From contig NC_014148.1 in the NCBI RefSeq assembly GCF_000092105.1, forward strand, positions 3,360,001 to 3,392,000: a DNA stretch of 32,000 nt, in the 5' to 3' direction. Shown here one piece after another: positions 1-8,518 of this stretch (positions are counted from its first letter, which is position 1; the number at the start of each line of letters is the position of its first letter). This DNA is from Planctopirus limnophila DSM 3776 (lineage in GTDB: Bacteria; Planctomycetota; Planctomycetia; Planctomycetales; Planctomycetaceae). The notes beneath the pieces were generated by a model. That model saw nothing but the letters and a program-made list of their open reading frames with translations. It did no database searches and was not told the origin of the DNA. The position numbers were made by a program, and so were the translations under genes.

Positions 1-761
1 TGTTCGTCCCCCCCGAACCAACTCCGCTCGAAATCCTGTTTGAAGACGACTCCCTGCTCGTCATCAACAAGCCTGCAGGTCTCATTGCTCACCCGACTGG
101 CGAAATCCCTGATGGTACGCTGATTAACGCTGTCCAGCATTATCTCGACAAACAATCGACTCATCCCGGCCTTGAGCGACCCGGGATTGTCCACAGGCTG
201 GACCGCGATACCAGCGGTGCCATGGCCATTTGCAAAGAACATCTTTCCCACCGCTTACTCTCGATCCAGTTCCAGCTGGGCCGAATTTCCAAAAGTTATC
301 TCGCACTCGTCGAAGGTGTCCTCACAGACGATCAACTGGTCATCGACCTTCCGATTGGCAGGGCACCAGGTTGCTCCAGTGCGCTCATGTCTTGCCGGGC
401 CGATGCTCTCGAAGCCCAGGCCTCGAAAACCTCTCTTCGAGTAGTGGAACGGTTTCCGCAACACACTCTTGTCGAGGCCAAACCCCGCACAGGCCGTATG
501 CATCAGATTCGTATTCATCTGGCAACCATCGGGTTCCCCATTGTGGGAGACGAGTTCTACCTCAAAGGAGGGGAAATCCGGCCACTCGTCTGGCCAGAAA
601 GTGAACGCGTGCAGGTCTCTCTTCTCATCAATCGACAAGCCTTACACGCCGCATGCCTTTCCTTCGCCCACCCGCTCACCAACGAGTGGCAAGACTTTCA
701 AGCTCCCTTGCCCGACGATCTGCGCCAAGCCATCGAACTCGCCCGCCTTGGCCAAACTTGA
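1..761 (+). CDS. RluA/RluD-family pseudouridine synthase, 5' end cut by window edge
   Basis: Frame 3 is open from nt 3. It reads FVPPEPTPLEILFEDDSLLVINKPAGLIAHP...GIVHRLDRDTSGAMAI...KSYLALVEG...GRMHQIRIHLA. These are the HRLDxxTSG catalytic-Asp motif, KxYxAL and HQIR motifs typical of RluA-family synthases. Stop TGA 759-761. Confidence 0.9.
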   Translation, partial: FVPPEPTPLEILFEDDSLLVINKPAGLIAHPTGEIPDGTLINAVQHYLDKQSTHPGLERPGIVHRLDRDTSGAMAICKEHLSHRLLSIQFQLGRISKSYLALVEGVLTDDQLVIDLPIGRAPGCSSALMSCRADALEAQASKTSLRVVERFPQHTLVEAKPRTGRMHQIRIHLATIGFPIVGDEFYLKGGEIRPLVWPESERVQVSLLINRQALHAACLSFAHPLTNEWQDFQAPLPDDLRQAIELARLGQT

Positions 762-1279
762 AAAAGCGGTTCAGCAAAGAACTCCACTCTGTCGGATAGA
801 AGTTCAAAAAATCATTGAACAACGCCCGACGGCCGACTGAGTTTCGATCACTCGGAAGCTGCTCTTAATGAGCATCAGCAACAAATGCGGCAAACGCCTG
901 CAATTCCGTTTGCGCCAGCAAGAATATCTGCCAAGTCATCGCTCAACCTGCAAAGATCATCAGGATCTCACGCGAGTAAACTTCAAGTTCAGACTTTCAA
1001 TTTCCAAAGTCCTCGGCTAGGAAAAGATCAGCCAAATCAAGTATGAAATTTTTGCGGAACTTCGAAAAGTCTCTGAACATTTACTTTCTGAGATTTAAAT
1101 TTCAGTCATCAATGAATCTGATCGTCGTGCCAGATACTTCGATGGCCAGCAGGTCAATTCCCTGTTCATGAATGCATTTCGCTCTCAATAAATCGGCCCA
1201 AGACAAAACATTCCCACTCAATCGCATTTAAAGTTCACTCAACATTTTCCACAAATAGCACCCACCCGAAAGACTCGTC

Positions 1280-2182
1280 ATGATTCACGACGATCAACGA
1301 AAGCCATCAAGGCTAATAATTAACCAATCACTAAAACTCACTCGAATTTTAGGCTTCTTGCTGATCCCTTTAATTGCACCGTTATCTTTATCCGCACAGT
1401 TCTCCTACCCACCCGAATTCAAAGAGGCTCGAGTCGAGACCTACCGAAAAACAGGTTCGACAGAATTGAAGCTCTGGATCTTCGGGGAGTCTGATCCTAA
1501 AACTACTAAGCCCGCCATTGTGTTTTTCTTCGGCGGTGGCTGGAATTCCGGATCACCAGCACAATTTGAAAATCAGGCACGGCACTTTGCTAAACGAGGC
1601 ATGATTGCGATTGTGGCCGACTACAGGGTCAAATCCAGACACAATGTGCAAGTTGTTGAATGCGTAAAGGACGCCAAGGCTGCTATCGCCTGGGTTCGAG
1701 AAAACGCCAAGCGATTAGGCGTTGATCCTGACAAGATTGCTGCTTCAGGAGGCTCTGCCGGAGGCCACCTTGCAGCCTCAACCGGCACCATCAGTGGTTT
1801 TGGCAGTGATGAACGTCCCAACGCCATGATTCTCTTCAATCCTGCCTGCACTCTCGCACCCATCGCTGGTTGGCAACCCCCAGGAGCCAGAGCAAAACTC
1901 AGCACTGAACGATTCGGCGTCGAGGCCACAGCCATCTCACCGGCTCATCACGTCGGTCCGCAGACTCCACCAACCTTGATTCTCCATGGCACGAAAGACA
2001 GCACAGTTCCCTACGCTTCGGTCGTCGCATTCGAAGCTGAGATGAAAAAAGCCGGCAGACCCTGCAAGTTAGTAGGCTACGAAGGTGCAGAACATGGCTT
2101 CTTCAATCGAGGTGAAAACTATGACAAGACTCTCACTGAAGCTGACAAATTTCTGGTAGACCTCGGCTGGATCAAAAAATGA
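1280..2182 (+). CDS. Secreted alpha/beta-hydrolase (esterase/lipase-type, fold-3 / BD-FAE-like)
   Basis: 300-aa ORF with an ATG start. N-terminal hydrophobic signal-like segment (ILGFLLIPLIAPLSLSAQ). Oxyanion-hole-type FFGGGW motif, nucleophile elbow GGSAGG (GxSxG), and C-terminal HGTKD and EHGF His. Confidence 0.8.
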   Translation: MIHDDQRKPSRLIINQSLKLTRILGFLLIPLIAPLSLSAQFSYPPEFKEARVETYRKTGSTELKLWIFGESDPKTTKPAIVFFFGGGWNSGSPAQFENQARHFAKRGMIAIVADYRVKSRHNVQVVECVKDAKAAIAWVRENAKRLGVDPDKIAASGGSAGGHLAASTGTISGFGSDERPNAMILFNPACTLAPIAGWQPPGARAKLSTERFGVEATAISPAHHVGPQTPPTLILHGTKDSTVPYASVVAFEAEMKKAGRPCKLVGYEGAEHGFFNRGENYDKTLTEADKFLVDLGWIKK

Positions 2183-2366
2183 GACCCTGCACATCAAAAA
2201 GTTGAATGACCCCATCAATACAGTAAGAAATCAGACATTTCGTTGATTTCTGAGAGCCCTTGAATCAACTTCTTAAGTGACCTTCGCGAACTTCCTGATC
2301 TTTATTGGAACCGAAGCCCTATACATTTCGCGTTCCAAATGATTCAAGGCTCGTCAGCAAATACTG

Positions 2367-3005
2367 GTGACATTCGCGAACAACTTATTGACGCGACCCA
2401 CAAACCATGCCTTTCGATCTGCGTCCTGGTCAGATGTCAGAACTCACTGGGCACTTTTGCAATTTCACCACGTTTCAGGATTTGTCGTGACAGAGCTCTA
2501 TGCATCGCCAGCTGCCTGGATCATCCCTTTTTGCGATGCCGCCACCGAAGTTTTTCTCTGCATGCTTCAAGCCACTTGTCAAATTCAATCCATTTGTCCT
2601 CCAGATTCAGCACCACCACTGGAATCCATCACAATTGCCATCGACCTCACGGGGACAGCACCTGGGCGAGTCATCTTGAGTGTTGCAGAATCTGTCGCTG
2701 ACCAGTTTGTCGAGCGGCTCACGGGCTTCGGTGCCGAAGGCGATCTGGGTTTGTTGCGGGATATCGTCGGTGAGGTAGCCAATATGGTGGCAGGTTCCGG
2801 CAAAGGGAACCTGCCACAGTTGGGCTTTCTCATTGGCACACCCCGACAGCTCACTGCCGAGGAGTTGGTCAATTTGTCGGCAAACTGGCCTTTGAGGCAG
2901 ACAGCCACTTTGGAGACTTCATTCGGCTTATGCCTGCTGGATGTGAGCTGGAATTTCCAGTTCGCGACTCCTTCAGCAGATACACCTCTTCCAGAAGCTG
3001 TCTGA
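2367..3005 (+). CDS. CheX/CheC-like chemotaxis phosphatase-domain protein (start uncertain)
   Basis: The segment IIPFCDAATEVFLCML...ITIAIDLTGTAPGRVILSVAESVADQFVERL...LRDIVGEVANMVAGSGKGNL follows the CheX pattern (N-terminal helix, hIxhxGxxxGxhhL, D..gE.aNhhaG). An in-frame GTG at 2487 would give about 172 aa, closer to CheX size than the 212 aa from ATG 2367. Confidence 0.6.
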   Translation: MTFANNLLTRPTNHAFRSASWSDVRTHWALLQFHHVSGFVVTELYASPAAWIIPFCDAATEVFLCMLQATCQIQSICPPDSAPPLESITIAIDLTGTAPGRVILSVAESVADQFVERLTGFGAEGDLGLLRDIVGEVANMVAGSGKGNLPQLGFLIGTPRQLTAEELVNLSANWPLRQTATLETSFGLCLLDVSWNFQFATPSADTPLPEAV

Positions 3006-3948
3006 TATTTCGAGGCTGCTGGAGTTCTTCCGGGAAACCCACCACGGAACCCATCGCCAGAATCTGCGGGTGCCAGGTTCGCCCCATGGCATCGCACCAG
3101 AGCTTCCCGCACTCATCCGATTCAATACCAACTTTGCCCAGATCAAGGTCCGCCGTCACACCGACTTCTGTCTGGCAGGAAACGACGGTCTGCACCAACA
3201 CACGTTCCCCGCTGCAGATCTCCACTTCGCAATAATCACCGCGTGGCCTCAATCCGCGAATCCCGGCGCGAAACTCTTGCCATTCAGTCGATTTCTGCCT
3301 TTCGGGCAAACGCCGCCCCAACAGCAGAACATCACTCCCCAACCTGCTGTAGATCTTCGCCACCGCCTGGGCCCAGCGATTACTCCCCAGCACCACCATC
3401 GACTTTGGAGTCGACCTCGCCAAAAACAATTCTCCCAGTGAAAATGGCAGCGAACTTTTGCTATTCAACGATTCATGCGGAACTTGAGGCGAAACACCAT
3501 GGCGGACAGGAGCCACCATAGATCCCGTCGCCACAATCAGCAGATGTGTCATCAGGAGTGGCCCGTCAACAACCGGCTGCTTCACCGATGGATTTGCAGC
3601 ACTCATGGGCATCACTGCAATCGAGGCGCCATCGGCCCCCACGACCTTCGCCGCACCGGGGAAACAATCAACCCGGGCCTCCCTCAAGAGCGTCTGCTGG
3701 CGTTCCTGCTCTCGTCGGCCAAAAGGAAGCAATCGACGAGCCAAAGTCTGTGAACTCGTTGCTGCGGCAAACTCATTTTGAGTGATCATTTCCAGGAATT
3801 CGGGTGACCACTGTGCCCCGACAGACTCGCTGGAGATTTCCCATGCCGACGCAGGTTCAATCAAAGCAGTTCGTAATCCCAGCCGTGCCGCCGTCGTGGC
3901 CACTTCGACCGCGAGAGCCGTTCCACCAGCAATGGTGCAATCGTACAT
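2869..3948 (-). CDS. Pyridine nucleotide-disulfide oxidoreductase-like protein (dihydrolipoamide dehydrogenase-like fold, motifs degenerate, no dimerisation domain)
   Basis: 359-aa ORF with an ATG start. The N-terminus YDCTIAGGTALAVEVATTAARLGLRTALIE aligns by eye to the FAD Rossmann start YDvvVIGgGpgGyvaAiraAqlG. VVLGSNRWAQAVAKIYSRLGSDVLLLGRR aligns to the NAD Rossmann. ILAMGSVVG aligns to the IYAiGDv FAD motif. GxGxxG glycines and the redox CxxxxC are not conserved. Confidence 0.55.
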   Translation of the reverse strand: MYDCTIAGGTALAVEVATTAARLGLRTALIEPASAWEISSESVGAQWSPEFLEMITQNEFAAATSSQTLARRLLPFGRREQERQQTLLREARVDCFPGAAKVVGADGASIAVMPMSAANPSVKQPVVDGPLLMTHLLIVATGSMVAPVRHGVSPQVPHESLNSKSSLPFSLGELFLARSTPKSMVVLGSNRWAQAVAKIYSRLGSDVLLLGRRLPERQKSTEWQEFRAGIRGLRPRGDYCEVEICSGERVLVQTVVSCQTEVGVTADLDLGKVGIESDECGKLWCDAMGRTWHPQILAMGSVVGFPEELQQPRNIRQLLEEVYLLKESRTGNSSSHPAGISRMKSPKWLSASKASLPTN

Positions 3949-4389
3949 GGCTGGATCCTTTCACGACACGCCTGACGAACCACAGTTCCCCAAACCAACA
4001 CCCGGTCAATTTCCCTCAATTCGTCCGTCCACAAATAGCCCTCGTTTCCATCGGCACAACGAACAAATAAGGGCTATGAGAAGCCTGGGTAAAATATGAA
4101 ACATTCTCTCATTCGGTTCATTTTGACGATAAAACGGATTCTCCCGACTCATTTCGCCTGAAAGCTCAATTCGAATCTCGCGCTAACTGACTCATCAAAA
4201 CCGACCACTGTGATGTGTTTGTCGCACAGCCATACCTGGCCCTTCTCCAGGCCACGCACCCAAACCACAAGACGTTTTTGTCGAAGCTCTTGAACCGTTG
4301 GGCCCGGCTTCCTAGACTTAACTTCACTTTCAGCAGGCAATCGCGGCGTTCATCACTTCAGACGAGAGATCGGAACGGATCATAATTCG

Positions 4390-5541
4390 ATGACTGACAT
4401 CGTTGAGATCCGCCGTTCTGATGATCCGCGAGATGTCATTCACCGGGTGTGCCAGTCTTTGGCGCAAGGTGAATTGGTTGGTCTCCCCACCGAAACCACC
4501 TATACCGTTGCTGCCAGTGCACTTTCTGAAGTTGGTGTCCAGCGGCTGAAGGCTCTAGCCACTGAACTCGCAGTCAATCATCAACCACCCCAGTTCGAAC
4601 TCCTGCTTAAAGCGGCTGACGAAGCACTCGATTATCTGGTCGAGCAGTCGCGATACGGCCGCAAACTCATCCGACGTTGCTGGCCAGGCCCTGTGACGTT
4701 GCGATTCCCAAAATCTCACTGCGGATGGTTCTTCGAACAGCTCCCTGAAACCAGCCGTCATCTCCTCACGGCCCCAGAAAACACGGTCTCTTTCCGTGTC
4801 CCGGCACACACACTCCCGGCCGATATTCTGAATTTGTTGCCCGGCCCCCTGATCGCACTTTCGGAAGCTCAGCCCGGCCGGCCACCGCTCAGGCATGCCC
4901 GGGATGCCGACCAGAGGTTTGGCAACAACCTCGCACTCATTGTCGATGACGGCCCTTCCCGCTACGGCGAACCGGGTACCGTCGTCCAGATCGGCAATAA
5001 CGATTGGAACATCGCATTCCCAGGGGTTGTCTCCGACCGCACGATGGGTCGACTTGCCAGCGAAGTCATCCTATTCGCCTGCACAGGCAACACCTGCCGC
5101 AGCCCCATGGCCGAAGTCCTTTTCCGCAAACTCCTTGCGGAAAAACTGAGCTGCCCCGAAGAAGAACTTGTCGATCACGGTTACGTCATTCTCTCGGCAG
5201 GTTTAGCGGCAGCCATCGGTGCACCTGCCAACCCCGAAGCCATTGCACTGCTTGCCGATGAAGGTCTTGACCTTCGTAATCACGAAAGTCAGCCTCTGAC
5301 CGAGCGATTGCTGCAGCAGGTCGATATGATCTATACCATGACACGTGGACATCGCGACGCCATTCTTGCCGAAAGGCCGGATCTGGCTTCACGCGTGCGA
5401 ACTTTGTCTCCCGCCGGGAAAGACATTGCCGACCCGATTGGTGGGGGACGTGATGTCTATCGTTCCTGCAAGCAAGTCATTGAAACGCATTTGCAACAGA
5501 TTATTCAGGACCTCTTGTCGTTAAGATCCCACCCGTCATGA
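4390..5541 (+). CDS. Fusion protein: L-threonylcarbamoyladenylate synthase (TsaC/YwlC/YrdC domain) + low-molecular-weight protein phosphatase (YwlE-like)
   Basis: N-terminal half has GLPTETTYTVAAS and WPGPVTLR, typical of the YrdC/Sua5 domain. C-terminal roughly 155 aa has the P-loop ILFACTGNTCRSPMAE (CX5R(S/T)) and the DP general-acid motif IADPIGG. Single uninterrupted 383-aa ORF. Confidence 0.85.
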   Translation: MTDIVEIRRSDDPRDVIHRVCQSLAQGELVGLPTETTYTVAASALSEVGVQRLKALATELAVNHQPPQFELLLKAADEALDYLVEQSRYGRKLIRRCWPGPVTLRFPKSHCGWFFEQLPETSRHLLTAPENTVSFRVPAHTLPADILNLLPGPLIALSEAQPGRPPLRHARDADQRFGNNLALIVDDGPSRYGEPGTVVQIGNNDWNIAFPGVVSDRTMGRLASEVILFACTGNTCRSPMAEVLFRKLLAEKLSCPEEELVDHGYVILSAGLAAAIGAPANPEAIALLADEGLDLRNHESQPLTERLLQQVDMIYTMTRGHRDAILAERPDLASRVRTLSPAGKDIADPIGGGRDVYRSCKQVIETHLQQIIQDLLSLRSHPS

Positions 5542-5999
5542 TGAAGATAGCCGTTGCCAGCGATCATCGCGGCGTGCAAATCAAATCCAAAATCCTCGCA
5601 CTGGTGTCCGATCTCGGACATCAGGCTCTCGATTTTGGACCGCAGGATCACGAGAGCGTCGATTACCCCGACTACGGTGCCCGCGTGGCAAAAGCCGTCT
5701 CTCGTGCAGAGGTCGATCGTGGCATCCTCATCTGTGGCACAGGCATGGGCATGTGCATCGTCGCCAATAAATTCCGTGGTGTTCGAGCCGCTACTTGCCA
5801 CGATGACGTCACTGCCGAACTCAGTCGCCGACACAATAACGCTAACGTCATGTGTCTCTCGGGCGATCTTCTCGGCGAGCCATTTGCCATGAGAATGGTC
5901 GAAATCTGGCTCACCACTGAATTCGAAGGTGCCAGGCATGCCCGGCGTGTCGACAAAATCTCTCATTACGAGTCCGAAGAATTTTCATCGAACTCCTGA
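5538..5999 (+). CDS. rpiB: Ribose-5-phosphate isomerase B (RpiB/LacAB family)
   Basis: MKIAVASDHRGVQIKSKI...GILICGTGMGMCIVANKFRGVRAA...SRRHNNANVMCL matches RpiB hallmark blocks. The ATG overlaps the upstream stop (ATGA, 5538-5541). Confidence 0.9.
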   Translation: MMKIAVASDHRGVQIKSKILALVSDLGHQALDFGPQDHESVDYPDYGARVAKAVSRAEVDRGILICGTGMGMCIVANKFRGVRAATCHDDVTAELSRRHNNANVMCLSGDLLGEPFAMRMVEIWLTTEFEGARHARRVDKISHYESEEFSSNS

Positions 6000-6422
6000 C
6001 TCGCATGCCTTCGCAAAAAGTCATGAGCACTGACGATAATCACTTTCTTCCGGGAAGTCGCTTTGACTCGCCCGATCGTCGCGATATCTTGTTGACATGT
6101 CTTGTCGATCTGCAAATGAATCACCGATGGTCGCATTGAGTAACCGGCAGATGTGTTGATCTCTTTTCACAACATCGAGAACAACGCCGACATCTCAGCT
6201 TTACCCAATGAAGAGCGACCATGGCATCCATGAAGCTGTGTCTGACCAGGACATCGATAACCCTGATCACGCTCAAACACATCTTGATGTGACTGCCGCT
6301 TCAACAGCAGAGATCGACACGATTGACCACACGAGCAGTATTTCTCGTGGGCAATTCCAAAACCTGACGACTAAGATCATTTGATTTCTTTGACAAAAAC
6401 TTTCCGGAAGGATGCGACGTTC

Positions 6423-6809
6423 ATGGATTTGGCGGCACTTAAGTATGCAAAGACTCATGAATGGGTCGCGATTGAAGGTGATGTTGCAACTGTCGGAATT
6501 ACCGATTTCGCCGTTCAGCTCTTGAGCGACCTGGTTTACATCGATCTGCCCAAGCCCGGCAAAGCTCTCAAAGTCGGTGAGTCCTGTGGCGAGGTTGAGA
6601 GCGTCAAAGCCGTCAGCGATGTCTATGCCCCACTCGCCGGTGTCGTCACAGAAACCAACCCCAGTCTCGGCGATAATACCGAGCCACTCTCCAGTGATCC
6701 CTTCGGCAACGGCTGGCTGATCAAGATGAAAGTCTCAGATCTGTCAGGTCTGGAACAACTCCTAGATCGAGCTTCCTACGAAAAACACTGCGAGTCCGAA
6801 GCTCACTAA
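6423..6809 (+). CDS. gcvH: Glycine cleavage system H protein
   Basis: MDLAALKYAKTHEWVAIEGDVATVGITDFA...GEVESVKAVSDVYAPLAG carries the lipoyl-lysine ESVKA motif. The ORF track starts at TTG 6381, but ATG 6423 matches the usual GcvH N-terminus. Confidence 0.92.
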   Translation: MDLAALKYAKTHEWVAIEGDVATVGITDFAVQLLSDLVYIDLPKPGKALKVGESCGEVESVKAVSDVYAPLAGVVTETNPSLGDNTEPLSSDPFGNGWLIKMKVSDLSGLEQLLDRASYEKHCESEAH

Positions 6810-7017
6810 GTCGGCAAGGCGAGGATCTTCCCGGCTGATCCGCACACTGCGAAGATCTGTCAAATTACTGTCATCGATGGACTATTCTCACGAGTGCCTA
6901 TAATTCTTCGACCTCGTGATGAAACCAGTAAAATCTGTCGAATTTTCAAGCATTTTTAAGTTCGCTCTCTCGCTCTACTGAGAGGCGGTCATTTTTACCA
7001 GGGTAGGATTCCCACTC

Positions 7018-8373
7018 GTGAGCTATTTGTTCGCTACGGCTACCGAAGAGCAGGCGATGCTTTCTCGGATTGGTGTTGATTCGATTGATCAACTTTTGCA
7101 GCAGATTCCAAAACCGCTGCAGCTCGACAAACTGCTCGATCTCCCGCCTGCTCTCAGTGAAATGGAACTCGAGCAGCATCTCCGCCAGCTCGCTTCACAA
7201 TCCAGCGGCGCAACCTCTCGCATGTGCTTCCAGGGTGGTGGTGCTTACGATCACTACATTCCCAGTGTGGTCGACGAAATCACTGGTCGCGGCGAGTATT
7301 ACACTGCCTACACTCCTTACCAGGCAGAGGCTTCCCAAGGAACTCTGCAGGCGTTCTTCGAATATCAGACCATGATCTGCCAGCTCACAGGCATGCAGGT
7401 CTCGAACGCCTCTTTGTACGAAGGTGGAGGATCTGTCAGCGAAGCCACTCTCATGGCGATGCGTACGACGGGCCGCACAGGACGGGTGGTCATCGCTGGT
7501 GCGTTGCACCCCGAATATACACAGGTTCTGCGGACCTACGTCGGGCACACTTCCACCGAAGTGATTCACATTCCCGTCGGATCCGATGGCACGGTCGATT
7601 TGACAAAGCTCGCCGGAGCGATCGACGAGAACACGGCAGCTGTTATCGTTCAAAATCCGAACTTTCTGGGAAACATCGAAGATCTCGCTGCCATTGCTGA
7701 CTTGACTCATGCCAAAGAGTCATTGATGGTTGTCTCGACGGATCCAATCAGTCTGGGCCTGCTCGCCAGACCCGGCGAACTGGGTGCAGATATCGTTGTT
7801 GCCGAAGGCCAGTCACTCGGGATTCCCTTACAATTCGGAGGCCCTTATCTCGGAATTCTTGCCTGCCGCAACGACTTCATCCGCCGCATGCCAGGCCGAT
7901 TGATTGGGGAAACGATTGATCGCACCGGGGGGCGTTGCTTTGTTCTCAGCCTGCAAGCTCGTGAACAGCACATTCGCCGCGATAAAGCGACCAGTAACAT
8001 CTGCACCAATCAGGGATTAATGGCCCTCCGGGCAACGATGTTTATGGCCCAGATGGGTCCTCAGGGTTTCAAAGAGACTGCCGAATTGTGCCTGCAAAAA
8101 GCTCATTACGCAGCCAGGCAAATTGCCGCTATCCCCGGCTACACAATTCTCTTCAGCGAAACACCCAAGTTCAAAGAGTTTGTCATTCAGGCTCCCCAAA
8201 GTGCACCGACGCTGATTGAAAAAGTTGCTAAAGCGGGTGTGGATATCGGCCCCGCACTCAGCCAGTTTGCACCGATTCCCGGTATGCCCGATACCGAAAA
8301 TCTCTTGCTGGTTGCCGTCACGGAACAAAGAACAAAAGCTCAGATCGATCATCTGGTCAACCTCCTCAAGTAG
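7018..8373 (+). CDS. gcvPA: Glycine dehydrogenase (decarboxylating) subunit 1
   Basis: 451-aa ORF with a GTG start. YLFATATEEQAMLSRIGVDSIDQL...FQGGGAYDHYIPSVV...YTPYQAEASQGTLQAFFEYQT is characteristic of the split P-protein alpha subunit. Confidence 0.93.
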   Translation: MSYLFATATEEQAMLSRIGVDSIDQLLQQIPKPLQLDKLLDLPPALSEMELEQHLRQLASQSSGATSRMCFQGGGAYDHYIPSVVDEITGRGEYYTAYTPYQAEASQGTLQAFFEYQTMICQLTGMQVSNASLYEGGGSVSEATLMAMRTTGRTGRVVIAGALHPEYTQVLRTYVGHTSTEVIHIPVGSDGTVDLTKLAGAIDENTAAVIVQNPNFLGNIEDLAAIADLTHAKESLMVVSTDPISLGLLARPGELGADIVVAEGQSLGIPLQFGGPYLGILACRNDFIRRMPGRLIGETIDRTGGRCFVLSLQAREQHIRRDKATSNICTNQGLMALRATMFMAQMGPQGFKETAELCLQKAHYAARQIAAIPGYTILFSETPKFKEFVIQAPQSAPTLIEKVAKAGVDIGPALSQFAPIPGMPDTENLLLVAVTEQRTKAQIDHLVNLLK

Positions 8374-8518
8374 GGCAGCAGAAGTAGGGCAGGCTCCCGC
8401 CTGCCATTGATCCAACCCGCCTGTTTTGCCGTGTAATTTTCACATCAGCAGGCTCTTCTACCGAACAATTTTGCAACGAAAAGCACAGCGAAAAAAAATT
8501 CCGCCAAAAGGTTTTTGG

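Noticed and set aside
4149-4340. 63-aa minus-strand ORF in the 440-nt gap upstream of the tsaC-fusion gene.
   Set aside because: It is short with no motifs and sits in a probable divergent promoter region. There is no support beyond being open.
6000-6422. Possible glycine riboswitch in the long leader upstream of gcvH.
   Set aside because: I could not find the conserved GGAGAG...CACCGAAGGGGCAA / CTCTCAGGCAAAAGGAC-type cores by eye on the + strand. An Rfam/Infernal scan is needed to be certain.
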